From Octopus sinensis (lineage: Eukaryota), in contig NC_042997.1 in NCBI RefSeq assembly GCF_006345805.1, forward strand, positions 135,532,001 through 135,596,000: 64,000 nucleotides of DNA, given 5' to 3'. The first letter of the stretch is position 1. Each line of letters begins with the position of its first letter. Positions 40,454 to 52,326 of this stretch are shown here, one piece after another. Position numbers and translations under genes: made by a program. The notes beneath the pieces were generated by a model, which made no database searches, had not been told where the DNA came from, and worked only from the letters and a program-made list of their open reading frames with translations.

Positions 40454-40637
40454 ACGCATCCGCACGCATCCGCACGCACAACCCCACACACATAAAGGCA
40501 CATACGCGCACACGCACTTACAGACACACACGTACAGGCGTTGTGGGCACAACACCCACAAAAATTCAAAGTAAGAGACGCACACACAGAATTAGTAAAA
40601 GAATTGTTTCACCTTCATGTGATGTATTTGTTATGTT
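38738..40637 (+). repeat. Pair of ~430-bp direct repeats (38738-39177, 40216-40637), each containing (CA)n
   Basis: Colinear from tgtttaaattttatc to gtatttgttatgtt; roughly 90-95% identical. Confidence 0.92.
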
Positions 40638-40799
40638 CCTCATTCATGGATAGTTAAAATCACTATGCATAATCCAATAGTTATAGCCGTTGCCATTAAG
40701 AGTCTAACAACACATTATACACAGCGATATAGGTAAGAACTGAAGCTACTACAATAGTCATTAACATAATTAGGCTATCAACAAGAATATTTCAGGGTG

Positions 40800-41700
40800 A
40801 CGTATTATCTATAATACTTTTACACCAAGCAGTAAATCATATGTGAGCCCTACTAACGAAATGCAAACGGTACTTGATAATTTGCGGAAATGAAAAAAAA
40901 TTAATGATCCCACACACTTATTCTTCGTTGATGAAGTTGACGTACATTTAAGTTGACATATATTTAACACCAAGAGACTGTTAGAATTGGTCGTAAGGGG
41001 CATAGGAATGAAGTTCGTAAGGGACATAGGAAAGATTATCGACCAATCAAAGAATATGGAAACTAATGGCCTGCGAATGTCATCTATCACCAGTGATGTA
41101 TGTTATAAATATCTTGGAATCGACAATAATATATTGCATACGTTAGCTAGTGGGATGAAAGAATACTTCAGCAGAATTCGGAGGTTATGTAAGTCTAGGG
41201 TGAACGCATACAATAAAATCATATCCCCTAATGTTCACTACTTTCACCACATCAAAGGTATTAGACAGGACAATTGAATAAATCCACATCTTAGACAAGT
41301 CTGAGAAGATATTAACAATAACGGGTAACTCCCACATCAACAGCGACACTGACAAGATCTATATTAAATAGAAAGATGTAGGTACATCAGTCATAAGATA
41401 AATCAAAACATTTGTTGAATGCAGCATCATGTCACTTAAACAACACCTATAAAACACTGAACGAACAATACAGAAATAAATTACTCCATCACATGTATAG
41501 TCAGTAGTGATAGTAATCACATTTCGAAATTAATTGAAGACGCCTTGAAAGGGACACCGAATGACTGTGGAACAAATAGGGCTGAACTGACCTACATAAA
41601 TAAGGACTTGTAAGAGAAATATTTCTCTTACCAACAAAACCGAGTGCTTGGTTCATATTCCACAAGTCAAAGAATACCGTCAATATTAGCAGGCATAGTA
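40800..41700 (+). pseudogene. Decayed R4/Dong-like LINE RT fragment
   Basis: THLFFVDE, IGMKF, YKYLGI, KEYFSRIRRLCKS..NAYNKII, with many frameshifts. Confidence 0.72.
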
Positions 41701-41810
41701 GCCTCTGCTTGGCCAGTGATATACACTTCAGATGGTACCTAAAGGGTTACAGTTTGCCATCAAATCACAGAAGATAGCCACTAAACACTTAATCAGCAGT
41801 GGTGATAATT

Positions 41811-42033
41811 TATTTCTTTATTGCCCACAGGGGGCTAAATATAGAGGAGACAAACAAGAACAAAGGGCTTAAGTCGATTACATCGACACCAGTGCGTAAC
41901 TGGTACTTATTTAATCGACCCCGAAAGGATGAAAGGCAAAGTCGACCTCGGCGGAATCTGAACTCAGAACGTAACGGCAGACAAAATACCGGTAAGCATT
42001 TTGCCCCGCGTGCTAACGATTCTGCCAGCTCGC
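41811..42033 (-). mobile_element. SINE family S1, full-length monomer
   Basis: Reverse complement of the 8212-8440 monomer. Confidence 0.88.
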
Positions 42034-43961
42034 AGCAGTAATAATAATAATTCTAAATATGCATGTCCTAATGGGAAATCGTTCATTGTGCCATACCAGA
42101 TATGACGAAAGGTCTCTACTCTAATATTTTCAGTAATAGACTTTTGGAGAATAATCAATTGAGTAGCACCGAAGAACTTCTTGCTCTGTGAGTGTCTGAT
42201 TTTAAGGATTCAATTTAGTATATTCGGGAATGATTTTACGAGAAATAACCAGATATTAAGTGATTTAGAATTGAAAACGTCATTAAATTTTTATTCTTGT
42301 GTAATGTTGAAATACAGAGTATGGTTTTGAAACACTACTTCTGTGATAATATTGAACAACAGTTTATTGGGTATATCGATTGAATATATCTCCATTTAAA
42401 AAGACGTTCAATGGTTTTGCTTATGGATATTTGTCTTAAAACTGTATGTTATGCATAGGTGTTAAATGAACGCGCAAGCCACGTTAAACGGGAAGAAGGC
42501 ATATTGGTGTTGCAGTATATTATAACTACATGAAGTGGCTAATGTACAGAAATAAAAAAAGGTCTTCGAAAGATATATGTACTATTTCGTTGTCATTATG
42601 ATCTTAGAAATTTTCTTCGTAATACTTGTATACTTGGTCCCTAAATTGTTTTTGTATGCTGACAAACTGTTCAAATGATAATTCATTTCATTGGTTGGTT
42701 GTTGTCTTCTTACTGGTATGCTACATAAGAACTCTACTATATAGTAAATTCAGAAATTTAGAAATTATAAATATAGTAAGAGTCATTTAACTAGAATAAA
42801 AGTATACAAATTATTTCACATAATATTTCAGATTATCTTCATAGATTCGCAGGTAACTTGTCAGCAAATATGGCTACTTAGCTTTCCTGTGAGATAATGA
42901 ATCATTCATTGGTTAAATATAATTACGTATTATAGCTGCTATAGAAATCAATGGCGACTGACAGAGAAGTTGAATTCCAAATGCTATAACCATTAGCGTT
43001 TCCTAGAGATAGATGGCTGTTTAGCTTATACTATGGCATTAATAAACGACATCAATTATAGTGTGCATTATATATTAATGGTTTCAGTAAAATTTACCTT
43101 TCACTAATAATAGCTTTTTGTCTAATTATAAACAATGCGCATAATTATTTCTTATTTCAATAATATGTATTTATTGAATGCTTAGACGAAAGATTAGAGA
43201 CAGCATTTTTCAAAAGTTTATTTCCCTAGAAAATTCTTCGTTTATATCACATAAAGAATTCATTTCAAATAATCACGATAAAATATATTTGAAAACCAAT
43301 GCCAATATTTACCATTGATGGCCTTGGAAATATTGAATACCAGCTAATAAATTGACTACTTCGGTTTTGTTTCATCTCTCTAGGGGATATTTTATTTCAA
43401 ATACATCATTATGTTGATATGTTGGTAATTGATAAAGTCATTTTTTAACGGGAGCTACCAGGGTGTTATCGTGGGTAGTACATAACTGCTGATAGAGCCT
43501 CTATTCTGTCGAGTGATAGCTTCGGGGCTCTCTCATTTGGTTATCATATGTAAACATGGTGAAGTCTCTAGAAACCACGATGTATTATTATAAGTTTAAT
43601 GCCGTTGGAATGGGAACAATCGTGTGATTTATGGCATCAAAACACTTTTACATGTTCAGCTTTTAATATTCAGCCTAACCAGTACCGTGAACTTACTGAT
43701 ATATAATCTATTGTCATGTTGATATGATCAGATGGAATATTTTGATTTCCTTGTAAAGTACTGCACAGAGCAAATCATGTACACTGATGTGTTTTATTTT
43801 CTATATATTCATTCAGTTTCGAAAAGCCATTGCATTAATTAATACATATTTGTTGAAAAAGACAACTGCCACAACAGCTGAGGAAATGTATCAATTCACA
43901 AGAAAATATAGATGTTTCGTATAATCTGAATAACGAAGTGCAGATGTGGCGATTCGATCTA

Positions 43962-45239
43962 CGAGGGACGTTCAATAAGTAATACCTCTGACCCACTTGC
44001 AGTTGTGTGATCTAGCTGACATTTTGCATGTGCAATTATTTATATCTCTATAGAGTAAGTAGCAAGTTACTTGTGGTTTATGATTTACAGGTGTTTGAAC
44101 CGAGTCAAGTGTGAAATGGAGCCTGTTGAGTGTCGAGCAGTGATCCGGATTTTGTATTTGAAAGGACGCACACCACGGGAGACTTTTGATGAAATGAAAG
44201 TAACTTATGGTGATGATGCCCCATCATATGACCTTGTAAAACGCTGGAATCGTGAATTCAAACATGGTCGGAACTCTGTGGAAACAGCTCCCAGATCTGG
44301 TCGCCCCCTTCTGCCATTGATGAGGCATCTGTCCGTCAAGTTGAGGCTGCCATTTTGGAAGATCGACGCATAATTATTCGCCAAATAGCCCATAAGGTCA
44401 AGATTAGTACCGGGTCTGTGGAAACTATTATTCATTACCATTTGCATATGCAAAAGGTGCCTGCCAGATGGATTCCCAGGTTGCTCACGCCTTTCCAGAA
44501 GCAAGAACGCGTCGAGTGCTCGAGGGTGAATTTGGAGATGTGCCAAGAAGATGAGTCAAAATTTTTCAAAAGACTGATTACACAGGATGAAACCTGGCTC
44601 CATCACGATGATCCAGAGACCAAAGCCCAGTCAATGCAGTGGAAGCACAGTGACTCACCCCCTCCAAAGAAGGTAAGGGTGCAGCCCTCCGCTGGCAAGG
44701 TCATGCTCACAGTCTTCTGGGACCAGGACGGAGTAGTGATGACAGATTTCCTGGCAAAGGGTACCACAATTGCAGGAGCCTATTATGCTTCACTTTTGAG
44801 GAAATTAAGAGAAGTTATCAAAATCAAGAGGCGGGGCAAGATCAGCAAAGGCATCCTCCTCCTGCAGGACAACGCTCCGGTCCACAACTCGCGTATCGCC
44901 AGATCAGAAGCACAGGCGCGCGGCTATGAACTCCTCCCCTATCACCCTACTTTCCCGACCTTGCACCCTCTGATTTTCACCTCTTCCCAGTCATGAAGTT
45001 GTTTTTGAAAGGAAAGCGTTTCCCAGATGATGCAGCCTTGATTTCTGAAGTCACGTTGAGGTTGGATGACCAAGCTGGGGTCTTCTACAAAAACGGTCTC
45101 CAGAGCTGCATCAAACAATGGGAGAAATGCGTAACTCTGGGTGGTTGCTATGTAGAAAAAGACTAATAACTGTGCCAAGTTTCGTTGCTCTCCTGCTATG
45201 GGAAGTGGGTCAGGGGCATTACTTATTGAACGCCTCTCG
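43962..45239 (+). mobile_element. Full-length (1278 bp) mariner transposon with frameshifted transposase
   Basis: TIRs cgagggacgttcaataagtaat / attacttattgaacgcctctcg, TA TSDs at 43960-43961 and 45240-45241; MEPVECRAVI, RSGRP, WIPRLL, TQDETW, QDNAPVH, DLAPSDF; frameshifts near 44310 and 44945. Confidence 0.95.
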
Positions 45240-46149
45240 TACATAGAGCAATAATAATAAATTTTTTAATTGATAATGTAGTTTTCAAGTAATCTTAAAC
45301 GGAAATAGAATAAAAAGGAAGGTTAAAATATTTGAACAAATTATTGGTTAGAATATATATTTTATAATTTATACTGAATACTCAACCCTCATCTATAGCA
45401 ATAGTTATCAGTTTTTATATGATGAAATCCTGCTTTATGCACAATTTTACTTCCGTGATCGAAACTTGTTCCTGATTCCTTCTGTTCGTAACTCTCTTTT
45501 GCACACAGCTCTTACTGAATCAAACGCACATGAACAGAAAGGGAATCGTATCACGTAGTAATAGACATGTGAGAAGGAAGAAATTTCTAATGGTTTACAA
45601 ATATTTTGAAAGGAAAAGTAATGCTGTTCTAGGATCAGTCTTTAGAGCCTTGATATTCGAAATTTACTAGGAATCATAGAAAATGAACATTGCATTGGAC
45701 GCTAAAGAAACGAGTGGGTGAGGATCAGTGTTTACCCTCCAGCGATATTTCGACTTTCATTCACGTAGAACATATAAATAAGCATTGAAGGTTCCGTTTC
45801 AATTATTTCTGATGTTTATTTATTTATACACCTATTTATTTGGAATCATTACTAATTTTGGGACTATAAAAATGATGCCCATTCCACTAACACAAATTTC
45901 TCTCAGATATTTCTTATCACAAATTCAAGAAATCTTGATTGAATGTCAAATGATAAGCTACTGCTCGTTCTCCTGTAAATAGAAGGATTAGTATGAGAAA
46001 ATATGTATCACTGGAAAAAAAGAATACAAAATAATTCTTCTTCACGATATATCGCAGGATCTCTTCTCGTTTTTGAAAAAAATGTTCATTGTTTCATTAA
46101 AGCACAGATGTAGAATATACAACAAAAGGAATTATCATTGTTAATATTA

Positions 46150-47190
46150 CAAGGGCATTCGATTAGCAGAATCAAAATACCGTCAGACAAAATGCTTATT
46201 AGAAATTTCTTTTGTTTCTTTATATTCTCTGTTCAAATCCTGTTGAGGCCAAATTTTCTTATCGTGTTCGTTAAAATAAAGTGCCAGTGAAGACCTGAGA
46301 TTACTGTTATCGACTAACTCCCTCCCTTCAAAACTACTGGCCTTGTGTTGAAATCAAAACGCATCATCAATATCCCTAGAAAAGCTATGAATTGGCAGAA
46401 CTGTAAGAGAACCAGATAGAAAGCCGTGCAGTATTTCTTTTGGCTATGTGTTCTTAAGTCAATTTTCTGTTTCATTTTGTACGCTCGTTAAAATAAAGTA
46501 TTGGTGAAGTATTGACATTGAATGCATCGATGAACCTCCTCCTTAAACCTACTTCTTTTGCACGTAATTTAGATATAATTTAACAATTATCATTATAAGA
46601 GCTGAAGATGAAAGAAGAATAGAAGTGTGACCAAAATTCCCACGTAAATGTAGTTATGACTTCTTAAGTTTTCAATCAAATCATGCCGAAATAAAGATGG
46701 CATACCATCAATTGTCATTGAGTTGGAGGAAATAAAATAAGTGCCAATTCATAATAGCTCTTTCCACCAAAATATCTCAGGTTGTATAATTATTTCTAAA
46801 ACCATTGAAATAACGGTAGATTGGCAAAATATCTAGTTTCGGTCATTTATATTCAAGGTTCAAATCTTGTTGATGTCAAGTTACCTTTAAACTTCAAAGA
46901 TTCATGAAATATTGTATTACTCAAGTATTGGGATAATGTCATCAAATAAAACCTCCCACCAGATTTGCTTGACTTGTGCCTTAATTAAGAACAATTGTTA
47001 TTAGCATTGTAAGTGTGGTGGATTGGCAAAGAACTGTGTTAGACAAAATGACTTGTTATTTACTTGCTTCTCCTTGAGTTGTGAGTTAAAATCCCTCTGA
47101 TGCAACGTTGGTATGCATCTCTTCGAGATTGACAAAGTATAATACTATTGGGGTTGACATATTTGTGTAGCCCTTCTCTCAGTATTATTG
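46150..47190 (+). mobile_element. Cluster of 4-5 highly degraded S1-like SINEs
   Basis: Recurring (t)tggcagaa/ttagcagaa..gttcaaat..aaaataaagt..cctccc..gccttgtg order at ~46160, 46375, 46820 and 47020. Confidence 0.5.
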
Positions 47191-47397
47191 TTATTGATGC
47201 GACGGGTGACGGAATTGATAGAATGTCGTTTCTTCATTGAATTACAATCCTACAATATTATTGCGTATAAATATAATTTCCAAGGGACTGTTTATATATT
47301 GAAGTGCATTTTTTTATAATTATGCCCAATTTTATTGGAAATAAGAGGGAATGTTCCCGGTTTTAATTCATTCATTCTAATTAAGTTTTTCCTTTTA

Positions 47398-47915
47398 TGC
47401 CCTTGCTCCAATTAGGTTGTATAAACGTACGCGGCCTGTGTTCGGATTGGAAGCAAGCTGCCTCCTTGACGATCTCAGGTCTCATGGAATAGATTTAGTA
47501 TTTGCTACTGAAACCAGACAGAGCGGGCTGTAGGCTTTTTCACATCTCCTAAACGGCTACGAGAAATGTTTTTCTCCAAACCAACCTGGAGTGGGAGGAG
47601 GACTTGTAGTTCTACTCAGTAAAAACCTGGATTTGGAGATAAGAACGGTATTTGTAGATCCGGAAAGCAGGTTGGTTGTCTTAGATGTGACGCACAACAG
47701 TGGTAAGGTATTCAGGTTGGTGGCTGTCTATGGTCCCTGTGGAACTAGGCAGTCGGACTAATTCAGAAGGCTTGATAAATTTCTGAGAACGTCGCACACG
47801 TTAGTATTGTTAGGTGACTTTAACACAATCTGCGATGCACGCGTAGTTTGTATTGGCTTGAACTCGGATAGGAGGGGAAACCATTGCCTCAGCGGTCTGC
47901 TAAGTCGTTTTCAGT
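47398..47915 (+). pseudogene. L1/Tx1-type AP-endonuclease fragment (start of ORF2)
   Basis: MPLLQLGCINVRGL, ATETR, GGGLVVLL, RLVAVYGP, VLLGDFN. Confidence 0.85.
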
Positions 47916-48110
47916 TAAAATATTAAACAGAGAACACTACTGGAAAATACGAAAACTAAAAGAAGCAGCACATATGCCAGGACACAACCTCCTAATCAGA
48001 CTGAGTGTAGATATGAGTAGCATATGGGAACCGGCATTAAGGAAGGATAGGAAAATATTAGATTTATAAGCCCTAAACGTTGTGTTAACAACAAACAAGC
48101 GGACGACAAA
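47912..48110 (+). pseudogene. Penelope GIY-YIG C-terminal fragment
   Basis: VKILNREHYWKIRKLKEAAHM..LSVDMSSIWEP resembles the C-terminal end of PLE GIY-YIG domains. Confidence 0.65.
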
Positions 48111-48348
48111 TATCCGTCAAATGTAAATAATGTAAAATGTAAAATATTATCCCCTCAAAAGCCATATCTACTCATTCTTTCAAATATATGTATATATATT
48201 ATATATATTATATATTATATATATATATAAAGTTTGGAGATGATGTACAGGTATTTTATATTAGAAGAAATGAGGTACTCAGAAATTCGGATGGTTTTAT
48301 ATTTACATATATTTTATTTGTATATTATTTGTGTATATATATATATAT

Positions 48349-48409
<61 letters not shown>

Positions 48410-48672
48410 AATACAATCCAATATAATAACCTACACCATATGAAAGGAACTTAGAGAAAATTTCATTGAAAAATAACATGTTTTCTGAGTCATAAAGAAA
48501 CAGGGTGAGTAGGAGTGGGACACTGGTATGCTGAAGAATACATTAATCACAATAAGTAGTCCCTAACGTACAAAGATGTTGGCATGATCGCGACTGGAAC
48601 GCTTTTAATTATAGATCTGCTTAATAATAGCTGACCTGAGACAATAGAACATAAAAATACCTCTGAAAGGCT

Positions 48673-48960
48673 TCATCATCATCATCATCATCATCGTTTA
48701 ACGTCCGTTCTCCATGCTAGCATGGGTTGGACGGTTCGACCGGGGATCTGGGAACCCAGAAGGCTGCACCAGGCTCCAGTCTTATCTGGTCATGTTTCTA
48801 CAGCTGGATGCCCTTCCTAACGCCAACCACTCCGTGAGTGTAATGGGTGCTTTTTACGTGCCACCCGCACAGGTGCCAGGCGAGGCTGGCAACGGCCACG
48901 GTCGGATTGGTGCATTTTACGTGCCACCGGCACGGAGCCAGTCGAGGCGGCGCTGCGCTA
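48673..48960 (-). mobile_element. Non-LTR/SINE 3' end with (GAT)n tail
   Basis: (CAT)n then gtttaacgtccgttctccatgctagcatgggttggacg...ggatgcccttcctaacgccaacc; internal ttttacgtgccacc repeated twice. Confidence 0.7.
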
Positions 48961-49033
48961 TATGATCAAATAAACCCTACATAGAGGTGCGAGTGGGGGT
49001 ATACTCGTGGGGGGATAGTCAAGTAAGACAGGG

Positions 49034-49159
49034 GTAGAAACTTCCGGTATTGGGGTAGAAACTTCCGGTATTGGTGTAGAAACTTCCGGTATTGGTGTAG
49101 GGACTTCCGGTATTGGTGTAGAAACTTCCGGTATTGGTGTAGAAACTTCCGGTATTGGT
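49034..49159 (+). repeat. 21-bp minisatellite, 6 copies (gtagaaacttccggtattggt)
   Basis: Six contiguous units, no spacers; copy 4 is gtaggg. Confidence 0.97.
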
Positions 49160-49184
49160 GGAGGGGGTGGGAGGGCGGGCGAAC

Positions 49185-49517
49185 CTCGAAGCAACGAGTT
49201 TGAATATAATTCGTAGGAAAGTTAAAGTCTTAGCTGGCCATTTTTCTGAAAATCCGTGTTTTGTCAGGAAGATGCAGCGAGTATGAGGGAGGGAACACGA
49301 TCGTCCGCTGGTTTAACGAGTTTGAATATAATTCGTAGGAACGCTTAAAAATATGAATGAAACAGGTTGAAAGGTAAAGTCTTAGCTTTAACTCGAAGCA
49401 ACGAGTTTGAATATAATTCGTAGGAAAGTTAAAGTCTTAGCTGGACATTTTTCTGAAAATCCGTGTTTTGTCAGGAAGATGCAGCGAGTATGAGGGAGAG
49501 AACACGATCGTCCGCTG
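49185..49517 (+). repeat. 126-bp direct repeats (49185-49310, 49392-49517) with a partial third copy between
   Basis: Two mismatches between the copies; aacgagtttgaatataattcgtaggaa occurs three times. Confidence 0.95.
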
Positions 49518-50340
49518 ATATATATATATATATATAATACTGGGGGAAACAGCCAAATGATTGTAATATGGTTTTATGACATTCAGATAGATCTATTTCG
49601 ATTTTGGGCGCGAATTACGCCCAGATCCACATTGCATTTTTCATTTCGAAGCTCTTTAAATATAGTTCCTGTTGATATACATATAGTATTGATCTGCTTA
49701 TCATGGACTATAGCCCTGTACACATTGTTTTAGGCATTACCGATCTACAATGTTATATTCCCGAAATAACTGGGCAATTGAAATGCATCTTGATGACGCC
49801 TCAGATTGTTTTATCGGTCGCAGCTCTATTTTAGTTAATCCTGCTCCTTTTATTACTTTACTCTGATTCAAAACTTTTTTTCGTTTATATTCTTATGAGG
49901 TTGTCGCACACTCCTCTACTGCCTGCTTCTGCTTCTGGCTATTTCTCTGTTGTACATAACGTTTATCGAATAATTTATCGCCCTACCCATCTATATTCTA
50001 TATTTGTTTAACTGTTCGCTTCTTAACTTGTCCTAATCTTATGGTTTTCTACTTTATTCTTGTAATTTCTGTTACCATTCGTTGGAGACTAAGTTGTCAT
50101 TTGTTTGAATATTTTATAATTTCATTTGGTCTCCGATACATTATAGAAGCATGAATCTATCTCAATGTTTGACGCATAATTTATTTTATTAACCTCAGAA
50201 TGTTGAAAATATTCGGTAAAAATAAATCATAAGTCATGTAATTCATTTTCAATGAAGAGGAGTAAATAAGTATATATAACAATTACTCCATGCCAATGTC
50301 TCAACCAAAACATATAAAAAAAACAAATAAACAAATAAAT

Positions 50341-50400
50341 GGCGGTGCCCCAGCATGGCCACATCTCGTGAGCTGAAACTAGATAAAATTAAAATAAAAA
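50341..50400 (+). mobile_element. Tail-only SINE/LINE 3' fragment
   Basis: ggcggtgccccagcatggccacatctcgtgagctgaaactaga + A-rich tail. Confidence 0.75.
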
Positions 50401-51139
50401 CATTGAAGAAATGTAGTTGGCCAACAATCGAAAATTTGATTCTTTTTTCTATCAATTGAATATCATCAAAAATATACAATGCATTCAGCCTTTTGTATAG
50501 AACCCATTGTTGGGAGCTCAGTTTGCACCCTGTATTCCAACTAGGATCTCTAAACTAACATCAACACTAACTTTTTAACTTACATCTTTCGCATGGTCTG
50601 TTAGAACACAGAACGATGATCATGATACTGATGCTAGTGATTAATTATAATTAAGCTGATGGTGAAGTGAACAGTAATAATGGTAACAAAGACGATGGAG
50701 AGGAGGAGGAGGACGACGACGAGAATGGGTCTTGCATTTGATGACTAAGAATGGTAGGAAGAAAAATGTGACAGCCATACTGCTTTTGTTGTTGCATGAA
50801 ATGTTTTTAAAAAAACATCTATCCTTTGAAAAGCCCTTACTTTCAAGGAAATATACTCTAGTGTTTCCTGCAATTGTTCTCGTTAAATAAAAACCATTGA
50901 TACAATAAATGCACTTTGTTTATTTTTAATTCAATAGAATCTCAGGAAAATAAATTTCTTCTTTTTAATTCACTCACTAACAATGAACAATGTGCTTTAA
51001 AGTGCGAATTTTAGAAAAGAAAACAAATGGGAAAAAAGAAACTTATGCTCTGCATCATTTAATTGAAATATTTCACTTTTTCCTCGTCATTCTGCCATAC
51101 GTATTCACATATCGTATTAAAAAATACATAAATGTGTGC

Positions 51140-51284
51140 GAGTACGGGTGTATGTATTTGCATATATATATATGCATATATATGTGTATGTATATGTATA
51201 TGTTCATATATGCATATATATGTATATATTTATATATATATATGGGTATATACATGTTTATATAAGCTCATATACATATATATT

Positions 51285-51315
<31 letters not shown>

Positions 51316-51406
51316 TTATATATGTATGTATGTATATGTTCATATATGCGTGTGTGTGTGTAAATTTATGTATGCATGCATGTATACTTATGTATATATA
51401 TAATAT

Positions 51407-51499
<93 letters not shown>

Positions 51500-51500
51500 T
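51140..51500. repeat. (TA)n/(CA)n compound microsatellite
   Basis: Direct reading. Confidence 0.93.
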
Positions 51501-52011
51501 TATGTACATATGTCTGCGCATGTGAGTATATGTGTAGTAATGGATCGATGAATATATTTGTGTGCATGTGTGTATGTGTGTGTGTATGCGTGCGTGTGTG
51601 TGTGTACGTAATTCTACGTTCAAATGTTTATCTGTTTTACAAAACAATAGAAACGGTGTAACTAAATTCAAATGACAATTAACTTTAAAAACAAATTTTA
51701 TTAATTTTGAATGAGGAAAAATTTCTATATTTATAGAAATTATCATGATTTCCCAAAGGACATTACCGGAATAAAAGAGGAAAAAATAGAGGAAAATCAA
51801 TTAAATCTACAGCTTTCATACTCAAGATGACTCGGCTCACCTGTATCTTATTCTTACATTCTTATGTTCTCAATATAAATTTCCTTTTTTCTACTGCTGG
51901 TTCAATGTGGCACTATTTTGAAAGTACAATACTTAGTTTAAGATTTCTCTGTGCACATGACTGAAATTTTAGGAATACAACTTTAATGAATTATGAAAAT
52001 GTGTTCACTAT

Positions 52012-52326
52012 TGTTGTTTTTTTTTGTTAGTTCCTTCTCAAGCCATGCTTGGCTCATAAGGACCAGTTTCCCATTTTCCTTGGCGTAGAGGTTCCCCACC
52101 TGAACGGAACGCCGGTCTACTGCAGGTGAGCAGCAAGATACTGGAGGAAAGAGTGAGTGAAAGTTGTGGCGAAAGAGTCAGCAGAAGTTCGCCATTACCT
52201 TCTGCCGGAGCCGCGTGGAGCTTAGGTGTTTCGCTCATAAACACACACATAACCCGGTCTGAGATTCAAACCTGCGATCCCTCGACCGCGAGCCCGCTGC
52301 TCTAACCACTAGGCCATGTGCCTCCA
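52012..52326 (-). mobile_element. tRNA-derived SINE family S3 (tail type b)
   Basis: Head ggaggcacatggcctagtggttagagcagcgggctcgcggtcg, B-box GGTTTGAATCTC; tail ends in (CAA)n. Confidence 0.87.

Noticed and set aside
44116-45170. SETMAR/Metnase host gene
   Set aside because: No SET domain; bounded by TIRs and TA TSDs and frameshifted, so a plain mariner.
49034-49159. CRISPR-like array
   Set aside because: Repeats are contiguous with no unique spacers, there are no cas genes, and the context is eukaryotic.
52255-52326. tRNA gene (also 15292 and 8212)
   Set aside because: tRNA-like heads continue into SINE bodies and tails; no complete cloverleaf with terminator.
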